64,000 bases of DNA from Eledone cirrhosa (Eukaryota), in NCBI GenBank assembly GCA_964016885.1, contig OZ024741.1, positions 396,862,001 to 396,926,000 on the forward strand, in the 5' to 3' direction. How positions within the stretch are numbered: the stretch's first letter is position 1; every line of letters begins with the position of its first letter. The translations under genes were made by a program, and so were the position numbers. A model generated the notes under the pieces. That model was given only the letters and a program-made list of their open reading frames with translations, was not told where the DNA came from and did not search any database. Below, in pieces: positions 13,201-27,366 of the stretch.

Positions 13201-16200
13201 TAATCTGATACACCACTGACTCTGTTACACCACTGACTGTTACACCACTGACTCTCTTACATCACTATTCAGTTACACCACTATTCTGTTACACCCCTAT
13301 TCTGTTACACCACTAACTCTGTTACACTCCTAACTCTGTTACACCTCTGATTCTGTTACACCACTGATTCTGTTACACGTCTATTCTGTTACACCACTGA
13401 CCCTGTTACACCACTGACTCTGTAAAACCCTGACTCTGTTACACCACTTAGTGTTACACCACTGACTCTGTTACACCACTATTCTGTTACACCACTATTC
13501 TGTTACACCACTATACTGTTACACCACTATTCTGTTACACCACTCACTCTGTTAGTCCACTGACTCTCTTAAACCCATCACTCTGTTACACAACTATCCT
13601 GTTACACTACAAACTCTGTTACACAACTATTCTGTTACACCACAGTTTCTGTTACACCACTGACTCTGTTACACTCCTGACTCTGTTACACCACTATTCT
13701 GTTACACCACTGATTCTGTTACACAACTGACTCTGTTACACCACTGACTCTGTTACACTACTCTTATGTTACACCACTATTCTGTTACACCACTGACTCT
13801 GTTACACCACTGACTCTGTTACACACCTGACTCTGTTACACCACTATTCTGTTACACCACTGACTCTGTTACACCCCTGACTCTGTTTCACCATTAATCT
13901 GTTACAACACTGTGTGTGTTACACCAATGACTCTGTTACACTATTGACTCTGTTACACCACTATTCTGTTACACCACTGACTGTTGCAACACTATTCTTT
14001 TACACCCTTATTCTGTTAAACCCCTGAATCGGTTACACCACTGACTCTGTTACATAATTATACTGTTGCACCAATGACTCTGTTACACCACTGACTGGGT
14101 TACACCACTATATCTGTTACACCACTGACTGTTATATCACTATTCTGTTACACCACTGATTCTGTTACACCACTGACTCTGTTACACCACTGACACTGTT
14201 ATACCCTGACTCTGTTACACCACTAATCTGTTAAAACCACTGACCTCGATACACCCCTGACGCTGTTACACTGCTAACTGTAACACCACTGACTCTGTTA
14301 CACCACTATTCTGTTACACAGCTGACTCTGTTTCACCACTGTTCTTTTACCCCCTATTCTGTTACACCCCTGACTCTGTTACACTACTGACTCTGTTACA
14401 CCACTGACTCTGTTACACCACTATTCTCTTACACCACTGAATCTGTTACACCCTGACTCTGTTACACCACTACTCTGTTACACTGCAAACTCTATTATAC
14501 CACTATTCTGTTAAACCACTGACTCTGTTACACCCCTGACTCTGTTAAACCACTATTCTGTTACACCCCTGACTTTTTTACACCACAGTTTCTGTTACTC
14601 CACTGACTCTGTTACACTCCTGACTCTGTTACACCACTATTCTGTTTACGCCACTGATTCTGTTACACAACTGACTTTGTTACACCGCTGACTCTGTTAC
14701 ACCACTCTTATGTTACACCACTATTCTGTTACACCACTGACTCTGTAACACCACGGATTCTGTTACACCACCGACTCTGTTACACCACAGTTTCTGTGGC
14801 ACCACTGACTCTGTTACACTCCTGACTCTGTTACACCACTATTCTGTTACACCACTGATTCTGTTACACAACTGACTTTGTTACACCACTGACTCTGTTA
14901 CACCACTCTTCTGTTATACCACTATTCTGTTACATCCACTATTCTGTTGCACCACTGACTCTGTTACATTCCTGACTCTGTTACACCATCAATCTGATAC
15001 AACACTGTGTGTTACACCACTGACTCTATTACATCATTGATTCTGTTACACCACTATTCTGTTACACCACTGACTCTGTTACACCACTGACTCTGTTACA
15101 CCACTTACTCTGTTATACCCCTGACTCTGTTGCACCATTAATCTGTTAAACCACTGATTCTGTTACACGACTATTCTGTTACACCCTTGACTCTGTTACA
15201 CCAATATTCTGTTACACCACTGGCTCTGTTACACCACTGACTCTGTTTCACTATTGACTCTTTTACACCACTATTCTGTTACACCGCTGACTCTGTTACA
15301 CCACTGATTCTGTTACACCCCTGACTCTGTTAGACCACTGTGTTCGTTACACCAATGACTCTGTTACACCACTGACTCTGTTACACCACTGAGTGTGTTA
15401 CACCACTATATCTGTTACACCACTGATTCTGTTACACCACAATTCTGTTACACCCCTGACTCTGTTACACCACTATTCTGTTACACCCCTGACTTTGTTA
15501 CACCCCTGACTCTGCTACACCATGAATCTGTTACAACACTGTGTGTGTTACACCATTGCCTCTGTTACACCATTGACTCTGTTACACCACTATTCGGTAA
15601 CACCACTGACTCTGTTACACCACTATTCTCTTACACCACTTACTCTGTTATACCCCTGACTTTGTTACACCACTAATCTTTTAAACCACTGACTGTTACA
15701 CTTCTGACTCTCTAACATCACTATGCTTTTACACCACTATTCTGTTACACCCATATTATGTTACACCACTAACTCTGTTACACTCCTAACTATGTTACAC
15801 CACTGAATCTGTTACACCACTGATTCTGTTACACCACTATTCTTTTACACCACTGACTCTGTTACTCCACTATTCTGTTACACCACTGGCTCTGTTACAC
15901 CCCTGACTCTGTGACACCACTGAGTCTGTTACACCGTTGACTCTGTTACACCACTATTCTGTTACACAACTGACTCTGTTGCACCACTATTCTTTTACCC
16001 CCTATTCTGTTACACCCCCTGACTCTGTTACGCCACTATTCTGTTACACCCTGACTCTGTTATACCACAGTTTCTGTTACACCACTGACTCTGTTACACT
16101 CCTGACTCTGTTACACCACTATTCTGTTACACCACTGACTCTATTACAGCGCTGACTCTGTTACACCACTATTCTGTTACACCACTATTCTGTTACACCA

Positions 16201-16795
16201 CTGACTCTGTTACACCACGGATTCTGTTACACCACCGACTCTGTTACACCCCTGACTCTGTCACACCACTATTCTTTTACACCACTGACTATGTTCCACT
16301 ACTGACGCTGTTACATCATTATTCTGTTACACCACTATTCTATTACACAACTAATTCTGCTACAGAACTGACTCTGTTTCACCACTTTATTCTGTTACAC
16401 CACTATATCTGTTACACGACTGACTGCTACACCACTGATTCTGTTACACCACTATTCTGTTACACCACTATTCCATTACACCACTGATTCTGTTATACCA
16501 CTGACTCTGTTACATCACTGATTTTGTTACACCACAATTCTGTTACATCACTGACTCTGTTACACCACTGACTCTGTTATACCACTGATTCTGTTACACC
16601 ACTATTTTGTTACACCACTGACCCTGTTACACCCATGACTCTGTTACACCACTGACTCTGTTACACCACTGACTATTCTGTTACATCACTGACTCTGTTA
16701 CACCATTGACTCTGTTACACCACGGATTCTGTTACACCACTGACTCTGTTACATCCCTATTCTGTTACACCACTATTCTGTCACACCACTGATTT
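10240..16795. repeat. 6.5 kb intronic satellite of 16/17-bp units
   Basis: Interspersed TCTGTTACACCACTGAC (17) and TCTGTTACACCACTAT (16) variants, several hundred copies. Confidence 0.98.
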
Positions 16796-17026
16796 TACAG
16801 GATTTTCACAATGAATGGAACTGAGAATTGAGGACACAAAACTTAAACATTTCGTTTATCTGACAAAACATAAAAATTTGATATTTCTTAGATTATCTCC
16901 CCCTATTGTCTCACTTTAGCGAGGTCGACTCTGTGTCAAACATTGGGCCCAGATCAACAGTCTGGAGATTATTTCCCCACCACCCACTAGATTCAGGCAC
17001 TCTTCCTAAGCTATTATAAAAATGAT

Positions 17027-17220
17027 AGGGCGGAGGATTGCCAGTATCGGTAGAGGGTCGGACGCCATACTTTGACGCATGGAGTTACGGCCCTTGCCAT
17101 TCTGGGTTCAAATCCCACCGAGGTTAACTTTGCCTTCCATCCTTACGGTGTCGATAAAATAAAGTACCAGTAATGCACTGTGTGATTGTTGGCCTTGTGC
17201 CAAAAGTAGAAACAATTATA
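17027..17220 (+). mobile_element. tRNA-derived SINE copy
   Basis: AGGGCGGAGGATTGCCAGTATCGG...GGCCTTGTGCCAAAAGTAGAAACAATTAT. Confidence 0.85.
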
Positions 17221-17257
17221 AAAAGGATAAAAGACAAAAGATGAACGAGGTACTTAC

Positions 17258-17362
17258 TTGCGCTCCTTTCTCCACACTTATATCCAGCAAAGCCTTTAGA
17301 GCAAGCACATACATCTGGGCTGAGGCAGTTACCACCATTCTTACATGGAGGTTCACAGACAG
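17258..17362 (-). CDS. Coding exon 4 (EGF-like domain)
   Basis: Acceptor ctttcatatag and donor gtaagt. Phase 1-1, (P)VCEPPCKNGGNCLSPDVCACSKGFAGYKCGERSA, a canonical six-cysteine EGF with CxNGGxC and CxCxxGFxGxxC. Confidence 0.92.
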
Positions 17363-17618
17363 CTATATGAAAGATAACCAGGATGTTATTAATAAGAGTG
17401 GCAGAAATAAAGGTAAGAACTTTTAATCAATAATGGACGTATATGATAGTTATGAGATGATGTGATGTTTATATTTCTTACAGGTATTATATATATATAT
17501 ATATATATATATACAACACCTTTATACCGACTGGAAACTACGCTTCAAGTGCTTACTTTGGTGGACCTACAGTTACTGGACGTTACAGCCACTAATCTCT
17601 CTCTCTTTCTCTCTCTCA

Positions 17619-17650
<32 letters not shown>

Positions 17651-17653
<3 letters not shown>

Positions 17654-18150
17654 TATGTACACGTACATACATATATGTATACAGACGTACAGTAGTATGT
17701 ATATATATATACATACATGCACACATATATATGTACGTATGGATTCACCGAACATTTATTATAATGCTCGGTGTAATTGTAAACAAACATCCCGTATTAA
17801 ACCGTAGTGTCTAGCAACCATCGTTGCTCGTTTGTTCAACACTGACAAAGGAACGCTGTACTAGTTTCAAGCTTATTAGCTATCGTCAGCAACGTATACC
17901 TTCCTGCCAGATTGTTGAACGTATATACTTACCTTATGCATATTAACGGCTGAGTAACGCAATTTGCATATCGAGTGGGTTAATCGGCCGGGTGCACCGA
18001 AAACGATAAACGGAAAAACTGAAACGAAATTTCATTTCCCACTCTTAGTACGGCTGTTACTTAAATATAAGTATGTACACCCACTCGATATGCAAATTGG
18101 GCTACTCAGCCGTTAATATGCATAAGGTAAGTATATACGTTCAACAATCG
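17651..18150 (-). mobile_element. Retrozyme-like ~420 bp repeat, copy 1, with terminal inverted segment
   Basis: Begins and ends with AAGTATGTACAC (17651, 18069). Homologous to 24782-25550 and 26690-27320. 18081-18150 is an inversion of ~17912-17978. Confidence 0.75.
17854..17894 (-). ncRNA. Minimal type I hammerhead ribozyme motif
   Basis: CGTTG-CTGACGA-T-AGCT-AATA-AGCT-T-GAAAC-TA-GTA-CAGCG. Stem I, core, stem II, palindromic short stem III and a GUA triplet are all present. Confidence 0.75.
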
Positions 18151-18531
18151 TATATAATTACATATACATGTGTGTGTTTATATTATATACGTGTACGTGT
18201 TTGTGTATGTATGTGTATGTACGTGTTTATGTATTTGTATATGTATATTTATGTGTGAGAGTGTGTGTATGTGTTTACTATTTCGTACGTATGTATATGT
18301 GCTTTTGTGTGTATTACTTACCACGCGTGTCTGTCCTGTTAGCTGGGGCATGTATCGCTGTCAAAAATTTGTTAATATATATTTATATATTTTTTTCTTA
18401 TATTTATTTGCGTGTGTGAATATGTAGTGGAGTGCATTCATGTATGTGTATGTATGTACGTTGTATGTTTGTGTGAATGTATGTATGTGTATATATATGT
18501 GTGTGTGTATGTGTATGCTTGTACACACACA

Positions 18532-18566
<35 letters not shown>

Positions 18567-18567
18567 A

Positions 18568-18610
<43 letters not shown>

Positions 18611-18631
18611 ATATATGTGTGTGTGTATGTG

Positions 18632-18662
<31 letters not shown>

Positions 18663-18832
18663 ATGTGTGTGCGTGTAAGTATGCTTTTGTGTTTTTTTGT
18701 GTTTTTTTGTGTGTGTTTGCATGTGTAGTTTTATTTTATTTTTCCTTTCCTTCTCCCTTTTCCAGCCTCACTTTCATATAGATTGCATTTTTGTTTTTAG
18801 AATCCATATTCAATAAACAAACCAGGATTTTT

Positions 18833-18886
18833 CATTCTGAGGATTGAAAGCAAAACCTTTTGCTTTTAAGAAACCACTGGTAAATG
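18833..18886 (+). ncRNA. Type I hammerhead ribozyme motif in PLE-type 3' end
   Basis: CATT-CTGAGGA-TTGAAAGCAAAA-CC-TTTTGCTTTTAA-GAAAC-CACTG-GTA-AATG, followed by a tail into (TA)n. Confidence 0.75.
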
Positions 18887-18918
18887 GAATAATTGCCTTA
18901 TGTTGTTTATTACATAAT

Positions 18919-18954
<36 letters not shown>

Positions 18955-19064
18955 GAATATATATATATATATATATATATTGAAGAGGCACATAACTGTC
19001 GTTATTGCAAGGAAATTAAAAGACACAGTCTTCGATGAAAATATAGATGATATGAAAGACTTAC

Positions 19065-19126
19065 GTTTCAAACATTTGTCTCCTCCCCAGCCATGACAGC
19101 ATTGTTTTGTATTTGCAAGAACTCTC
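19065..19126 (-). CDS. Coding exon 3 (C-terminal EMI motif CCxGW)
   Basis: Acceptor ttatttgcag and donor gtaagt. 62 nt, phase 2-1, encoding (K)RVLANTKQCCHGWGGDKCLK(P). CCxGW/Y is the typical EMI terminal motif. Confidence 0.85.
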
Positions 19127-19217
19127 CTGCAAATAAGATAATTAAAGAACAACTTAGCAAAGGAATATATAATATATAATATATTATATATATATATATA
19201 ATATATCTATATATATA

Positions 19218-19282
<65 letters not shown>

Positions 19283-19914
19283 AAAGTTATATATATATAT
19301 ATTATTATTATTATTATGTATATATATTATATATATTTATATGTCAGCCAACTAACAGGAAACGAAAGACAAACACGGACAGAGATATGAACTCTCCTCT
19401 CTAAATATGCAAAAACTAATAATTTTTCTGCCCCTTTTTATTATTCTTATAAATATGCAACATAACTGCACCATGCATATCCGCAGTTGAAAAAGCACAT
19501 AATGCTGAAACCGGTACCACTATTAAATGTGGTACCAAATAGTTTTTATTTCACAACCTATAGAAAAAAACTGAAAAAGTTTACTGGGAACCCTACTCCC
19601 GACCAGGATCGAACTTCAGACCAGGATCACCACCGTCAATGATTCCTCCGACTAGGCCACCGAGACAGCTACAAAAGTATAATGAAAATTGATAATTATA
19701 AACCTACTTTCAAAATCAAAGTTTAAAAGATGTGGTGTCGTTTATGGCTTTCCTAGAGTTATTAGTAATATTTAGGGTCGACTTCTGGTCATTATTGAAA
19801 GTGTCTGGATTTCGCAAAATACATATATTTTATTGGAGAAGGTAAGATTTTTTCCGCAAAAATTTGATTGCACTGTTTTGTTTCCACTTATGTATTTTTT
19901 TAAAATGTTATTTA

Positions 19915-21304
19915 TCTACTTATATATAAAACCAGCAATTTCTCTGTCTGTCTGTCCGACAGTGGAAACACGTGCGTAGAGAGAGAGTGAGAGTGAAAGA
20001 AAGAGAGGGACTACGAGAGGGGGATAGCGGGAGGGAGAGAGGGAGAGAGAGAGAGAGTGAATAGACGCTAAAACACGTGCTACAGAAATATTACATTCCC
20101 CTTCCTTTCTCCACTTTGGTACTACCAAGAGAAACACTGTCGCTATAGAAACATTACCTTCCCCTCTCCACTGACTTTGGTCACTGAGGCCGAGGGAATC
20201 GCTGGTTGCTATAGAGACACCTTGCACAAGCCAGAAGTAACCAGTTCGAGGCGGTTCTGACTTGACACCATGCGAAGAAGGTTTGCCATTGAATTTGTGG
20301 TTGTTGCTGCTGATAATAAGGACCATTTGAAGAAGGTTGCTGCTGATGAGATAATTTATTAATCAGATTGCGCAGTTCCATAACCTACGTTTGATTTGTT
20401 CAATTTTTTCTTCAATTTTTTTTTTTTTTTTTTATTATTTCTTATTGAAAAAATATAAATAATAAAATAAGGTTAGAAATTTAAATACAATTAAATACGA
20501 TTTAATTTCCATTTCCAGCAACCAATGTCCAGTGTTCAATTTAATGAAAAAATTGGAAATAATTCAAAAAATTGAAGTTTAACTTTTGAACATTTGTTTT
20601 GACAATAAAAAAATATTTCCTTATTCACACCTAATGGTATGATTAAAATTTCATAGGAATATTTTTTTCTAACCGCCAGTTATTTAAATATTATTAAAAA
20701 TAAATTTTTTTTTTAAAAGAATGGAAGATTTTGTGGATTTTTTTACCACCTTCCAAGCCTTAAACACTAATTCTCGCGAATTTGTGTTTTGTAATGACCC
20801 TCAGGACGCTGCTATTGTTGATTCCAAGTGCCTGGTATTTGAATATGTTAGTATACAATTTTTTGAATAAAATTAAGGCGCAATTAGAGCTGCCAAACAA
20901 AATGTTTTTCGGCTTCGACCCATATTATTTTTGGGAAAATTCTATTGGCTCTAATGAGTCTGCCTCTGTTGGCGTTATTTGCGACAGTCACCATTTCTTG
21001 ACTTTCAAGTCTATATATGTAAAGCTGAGGTTGTCTGTCTGTCTGTCTACTAAAGCCTTCGGCACACATCTCCTCTTAAACCGTACGTTTAAATTTCGAG
21101 GAAATTGCTACACTTATAGATGAAGGTCCGGCGGAGTCACTGTCTGTCTGTCTGTCTACTAAAACCTTCGGCACACATCTCCTCTTAAACCGTACGTTCA
21201 AATTTCGGCGAAATTACTACACTTATAGATGAAGGTCCGGTGGAGTCTTCGGTCAAAAACATTTTCAAATCGACCCACGCCAAGTGTAAAAATCGAATTT
21301 GTAA
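19915..21304 (+). mobile_element. Cluster of Helitron-like 5' ends and fragments
   Basis: TC(TA)n-type starts followed by (CTGT)n at 19915 and ~21010. 19915-20090 matches 21305-21610. Confidence 0.5.
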
Positions 21305-21910
21305 TCTCCTTATAATATATAACCAGCAATTTCTCTGTCTGTCTGTCCGACAGTGGAAACACGTGCGCGCGTGCGAATGTTTTTTGCGCACGCGTAGAGA
21401 GAGAGAGTGAGAGTTAAAGAAAGAGACAGACTACGAGAGGGGGATAGCGGGAGGAGAGAGAGAGAGTGAATAGACGCTAAAACACGTGCGTGCGTGCGAA
21501 TGTTTTTTGCGCACGCGTAGAGAGAGAGTGAGAGTGAAAGAAAGAGACAGACTACAAGAGGGGGATAGCGGGAGGGAGAGAGGGGGGAATTGGGGAGTGC
21601 TACAGAAACGTATATACATTTCTCTGTGTGTGTAATATATATATACACACACAGAAATATATATATATATATATAGACACAGAAATATATATACATTTCT
21701 GTGTGTGTAATATATATATATATAGACACAGAAATATATATACATTTCTGTGTGTGTAATATATATATATATATATATACACACAGAAATATATATACAT
21801 TTCTGTGTGTGTAATATATATATATATACACACAGAAATATATATACATTTCTGTGTGTAATATATATATATACTAGCAGAAAACCACCCGGTGGGTGGT
21901 TTTCTGCTAG
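21305..21910 (+). mobile_element. Non-autonomous Helitron with internal minisatellite
   Basis: 5' TC, (CTGT)n near the 5' end, 3' hairpin ending CTAG at 21907-21910. Confidence 0.7.
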
Positions 21911-22815
21911 TCTATATATATAGAACTGAGGATGTCTGTCTGTGTGTGTGTGAGTTCGAATCCCTAAAACTCGAGAACCACCAAACCGACTGTTTTCAAA
22001 CTTTACACATGTAATACTTATGTTTCAGGAAGTGTTCTGAGCAAAAATACTTTCAAATTTTCCATGCGCTAGGGACCGCATTAGGCGATTTGGCGATCTC
22101 GCTCTATAATTCTTAGTCTTTCTCTTTTTAGATAGATACATACATATAACGTCGCACTCTTATAATACCTGTCTGTATGTCTGGCTGTCTGCATTACGTC
22201 ACTTCCCTGAGGATGTCTGTCTGTGTGTGTGTGTGTGTGTGTGTCTGTGAATTTGAATCCCTAAAACTCGAAGTACCTAACCGATTTTTTTCAAACTTTA
22301 CATGTGTATTACTTATGTTTCAGGGAGTGTTATGCACATAAAATTCAACTTTTTCATCTCCTAGGGCCCGCATTGGGTGAAAAACTGCGTTTTTCTAAGA
22401 TTTTTAGGGATTTTTTGAGGCGTTACGTCAGACCGATTTCCTTGAAATTGTAACTATGTATTAGTCAGTCTCTTCTTCATACCGTAAGCAAAGAACATCC
22501 AACTTTCTTATGGCCTAGGGCCCTCATTAGGTGAATAACTTCATATTTTCAGCTTCTTAGAGCTTTTTGGAGGCGTTACGTCAAGCCGATTTTCCCGAAA
22601 TTTCAAGTCATATTATGCATATAAAAAATATTCATGTGAAAACCTGCATTTTTCCTGCTTCATCGAGGAAAATCTTAAAGATTATCCAGCCATCAGAGTA
22701 TTCGGTTTATTTTCTTCACATATTGTCCAGGCATGCAGTTTTTCCACGATTAGGTCTGTTGGCAGCCCGCGTTCCGAAATACATTATCCCGTGCAACGCC
22801 GGTTACCACTGCTAG
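21911..22815 (+). mobile_element. Non-autonomous Helitron, directly abutting the previous one
   Basis: 5' TCTATATATA and 3' CCCGTGCAACGCCGG...CTAG|T. Homologous to the minus-strand copy at 33126-34122. Confidence 0.8.
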
Positions 22816-22919
22816 TTCATTATAAAAATTAAATGATTTCATTCTATATGTGGGTGGGCACCCTTCATCTGGCAACCAATATTTTTAGACCTAGTGCGCC
22901 ACTGTATATATATATAATA

Positions 22920-23172
22920 TTACCACCACGACGACCACCACTACTACTATATCCACCACTACTACCACCACCACCACTACTACTACCACCACCATCACCA
23001 CAACTACTATATCCACCACTACCACCACCACTACTACTATATCCACCACCACCACAACTACTATATCCACCACTACCACTACCACCACCACTACTACTAC
23101 TATATCCACCACCACCACCACTACTACCACCACTACTATTACTACTACCACCACTATTACTATATCCACCAC
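22920..23172. repeat. (CCA/CTA)n trinucleotide repeat
   Basis: Mixed CCA, CTA and TAT triplets. Confidence 0.93.
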
Positions 23173-23319
23173 TTAATTACAGAACCTTATCACAAGATAT
23201 CTCGAAAGGATGAAAGACCCCCGGGACTTTAATAAAATGCGTAAAAAGGCAGGAACAAATACCGCAACCCACTTAGTCTTACACTCTAACGACTTGAGAG
23301 TAAAAATACAACGAAATAA

Positions 23320-24130
23320 AATAATTGTTTCTACTTTTTGGCACAAGGCCAGCAATTACCCAGTACATTACTGGTACTTTATTTTATCGACCCCGTAAGG
23401 ATGAAAGGCAAAGTTAACCTCGACGGGATTTGAACTCAGACCGTAAAGGGACGTAACTATGCTGGAAAGCATGGCGTCCGACCCTCTACCGATACTGCCA
23501 AAAAAAATGGTTTCTGATTTAGGCACAAGGCTAACAATTTGAAGGGAGGGGAAAATCGACCCCAGTGCATTACTGCTGTTTTATTTCATTTACTCCGTAA
23601 GGATGAAAGGCAAAGCTAACCTCGATGGGATTTGAACATAGAGGGACGTAACTATGTGCGGCAAAGCATGTTGTCCGACGCTCTATCGATTACTTCCAAT
23701 CCATCACCAAACGAAATAAAACAATGACTATCTGTTCTCTTTTGTACCTCCACTTCAAAAGACAAGATCAAGTAACAGATTAAGACCAGAAAGAAGAAGA
23801 GGCATAAAAGAGAAGGGATAGTCATTGAGGAAGTCACAGGATGTGGGACAAAAGATAAAGATAAAGATAAAGATAAAGTGAAAAAATGAAAATCATATGT
23901 GCGTGTTTCTTTTTATTGACAATACTGGTTTCTTATATAGGCACAAATCCAGCAATTTTGGGGCAGGGGAATGTCGATTAAATCGACCCCAGTGCGTGAC
24001 TGGTACTTTATTTTATCTACCCCGTAAGGATGAAAGACAAAGTTAACCTCGGCGGGATTTGAACAAATATTATAAAGGGCAGTAACTCTATGCTGCAAAG
24101 CATGGCGTCCGACCCTCTACCGATTCTGCG
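23320..24130 (-). mobile_element. Three tRNA-derived SINE copies (23320-23500, 23505-23710, 23925-24130)
   Basis: Same family motifs as 3650-5460. Confidence 0.82.
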
Positions 24131-24182
24131 ACAATATTGACAACATGACAGTCTACAAATATAACAAAGAAATATATCTTAC

Positions 24183-24383
24183 TTGCTGAAGACACAATCT
24201 GGACTGGTTGGAATGCTGCGTGACCATACTTCGATCTTATTCATCAAATCGTTTTGATTCAACGAAGAAAAATTCGATGATTTTGGGTCCAATTGGTATC
24301 CATTTCGTATCATCTGCATGAACTTACCACATTTTTCTGTCTGGCTCTCCACCACGGTAGATTTACTGGTACATAACTGACCC
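24183..24383 (-). CDS. Coding exon 2 (N-terminal part of EMI-like domain)
   Basis: Acceptor ttttcttttggcag and donor gtaaga. 201 nt, open in phase 2-2: GQLCTSKSTVVESQTEKCGKFMQMIRNGYQLDPKSSNFSSLNQNDLMNKIEVWSRSIPTSPDCVFS. Confidence 0.78.
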
Positions 24384-24781
24384 CTGCCAAAAGAAAATGG
24401 TGGAATGTATAATAGTACTTTTAAAAAAGTTAGTTTTTTTTGTTTAAATGTAGATTTCTATTTCAACATGAGATCTGATTTCTATAATCAGTCCCCACGC
24501 AGCTAAACACTTATTACGTAACTACAATGAAGACCCAGACTAATTTTCAGCCGCTACAGACCTGTTTGTATTCAGAACAATCTGAGATGTCTCCCTCTCA
24601 TTAGTCTAACTTGAGTTGTTCCACTTGTCAATATTCTAGCGCATGACTTCCGTTTTCCGGCTGCAAACCATTCAGCCGAGCCGAAGATCCGCAAGGTGAA
24701 ACAAATTGTCCTCGGCAATGGTTAATTAGCTGTTGTGGAACTAACTCATATATATATGTGTGTGTATATATATATATATAT

Positions 24782-25544
24782 AAATGGAAAAAATGAAATT
24801 ACATTTCTCACTCTTAGTACGGCTGATACTTAAATATAAGCATGTATACGTACATACATATATGTATACAGACGTACAGTAATATGTATATATATATACA
24901 TACATGCACACATATATATATGTACGTATGGGTTTACCGAACATTTATTATAATGTTCGGTTTGTTTGTAAACAAACAGCCCGAATTAAGCCGTACAGTG
25001 TTCGGCAACCATCGTTGCCCTTTTGTTCAACACTGACAAAGGAACTATGAACTAGTTTCTAGCATGTATATATGTATGTACATACTACTGTACGTCTGTA
25101 TACATATATGTATGTACGTATACATGCTTATATTTAAGTATCAGCCGTACTAAGAGTGAGAAATGAAATTTCATTTTTTCCATTTATCGTTTTCGGTACG
25201 CCCGGCCGACTAACTCACTCGATATGCAAATTAGGCTGCTGAGCCGTTAATATGCATAAGAAAAGTATATACTTTCAAACTTTCAATCGACTGACAGCAA
25301 GGTATACGGTGCTGATGACAGCTAATAAGCTAGGAACTAGTTCATCGTTCCTTTGACAGTGTTGAAGAAAAGGGCAACGATAGTTGCCGAACGGCTTAAT
25401 TCGGGCTGTTTGTTTACAAACAAACCGAACACTATGATAAATGTTCGGTAAACCCATACGTACATATATATATATGTGTGCATGTATGTATGTATATACA
25501 TACTACTGTACGTCTGTATACATATATGTATGTACGTATACATG

Positions 25545-25550
<6 letters not shown>
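24782..25550. mobile_element. Retrozyme-like repeat, copy 2: permuted and inverted composite
   Basis: Reads through the end-to-start junction of the 17651 unit. 24782-24890 is inverted at 25063-25185 and 24840-25060 at 25336-25550. Hammerhead motif at 25307-25347 (+), with a GGAAC variant. Confidence 0.75.
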
Positions 25551-25614
<64 letters not shown>

Positions 25615-25756
25615 GTTGATGTGGCTGAGACAAAGAGTACTCAATACAGAAGCAGAGTCTAACATATTCATTTTATATAGGCAAATGGGATAGTGTATAA
25701 AAGACCGACAGATGTTAATGACAGCAACAGTTGACTGATAAAATGACAAGTCAGTC

Positions 25757-25865
25757 AATCATATTGGTGGCCTCCCCACAGCCCCGGCGGACAGAATGGA
25801 GAAGGCGTTTCCCCGGAGGACGGCATGGGAGACGAGCTGGAAAAGACATTCCAAGCTAAATAGTG
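25757..25865 (-). mobile_element. 3' end fragment of CRE-like non-LTR retrotransposon
   Basis: Closely similar to 28460-28557. Encodes LFQLVSHAVLRGNAFSI. Confidence 0.6.
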
Positions 25866-26029
25866 AGTCTTGTTGCTATGGCATTTCGCCTGCTTCTCAC
25901 AGGGTCATGGGCCACATACATGGCACATACATTTTTGAGACTCGAAACCGTACGGTACAGGTAACCATAGCAGGTAGAGTGAATTTTAAAAAATTTATTT
26001 TAAAACTTTTTCTTATTTGCTAAACCTTG

Positions 26030-26222
<193 letters not shown>

Positions 26223-26355
26223 GTGAGGTTTTTTTTACAAAATGAAAAATAACCGAGGTGTCCTACACGAGTGAAAGTATAAAGAAAAAGAGATGAAATC
26301 GAAAATGCAACTGGAGTCTTATTTTTTTTTTAAATATATATATTTATTTGGTTCC

Positions 26356-26390
26356 TTTACCGGTTTCGCAGTTCTTCTGCTTTTCAAAAT
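26356..26390 (-). ncRNA. Hammerhead-like motif with U3-A8 core
   Basis: TTGAAAA-GCAG-AAGAA-CTGC-GAAAC-CG-GTA. Stem I is very short. Confidence 0.5.
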
Positions 26391-26689
26391 GTGAGTTGAG
26401 ATGGAGGGTCTGTGGTTTTTCTCACATCTGGTTGGTCTCTGAATGTTACTTGTTTTATATAGAAAAAGTGGCTCGAAATTCCAGGTTTTTCGAGAAGTAA
26501 TTTGATTGGTTTGTCAATAATTATAATAAATTTCGCGCCAGTTCGCGTTCTTCAAATAAGAGAGGGGGTGGGGGTTGTCACAGGTTGTTTTTTCATATAT
26601 GAGTGTTTGAATTTCTTTTTACTTGAAAAAAGGAGGCTATATATTCTCTATATATAGAGAGAATGTAAACATATATATATATAAGTTGA

Positions 26690-27358
<669 letters not shown>

Positions 27359-27366
27359 CATACATT

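Noticed and set aside
20181-20381. Gln-rich minus-strand ORF as an exon
   Set aside because: It lies inside a Helitron-like cluster, and exons 2 and 3 already join in frame without it.
22833-23213. Extensin-like proline-rich ORF
   Set aside because: Simple CCA/CTA triplet repeat on the strand opposite the host gene, with no signal peptide or splice support.
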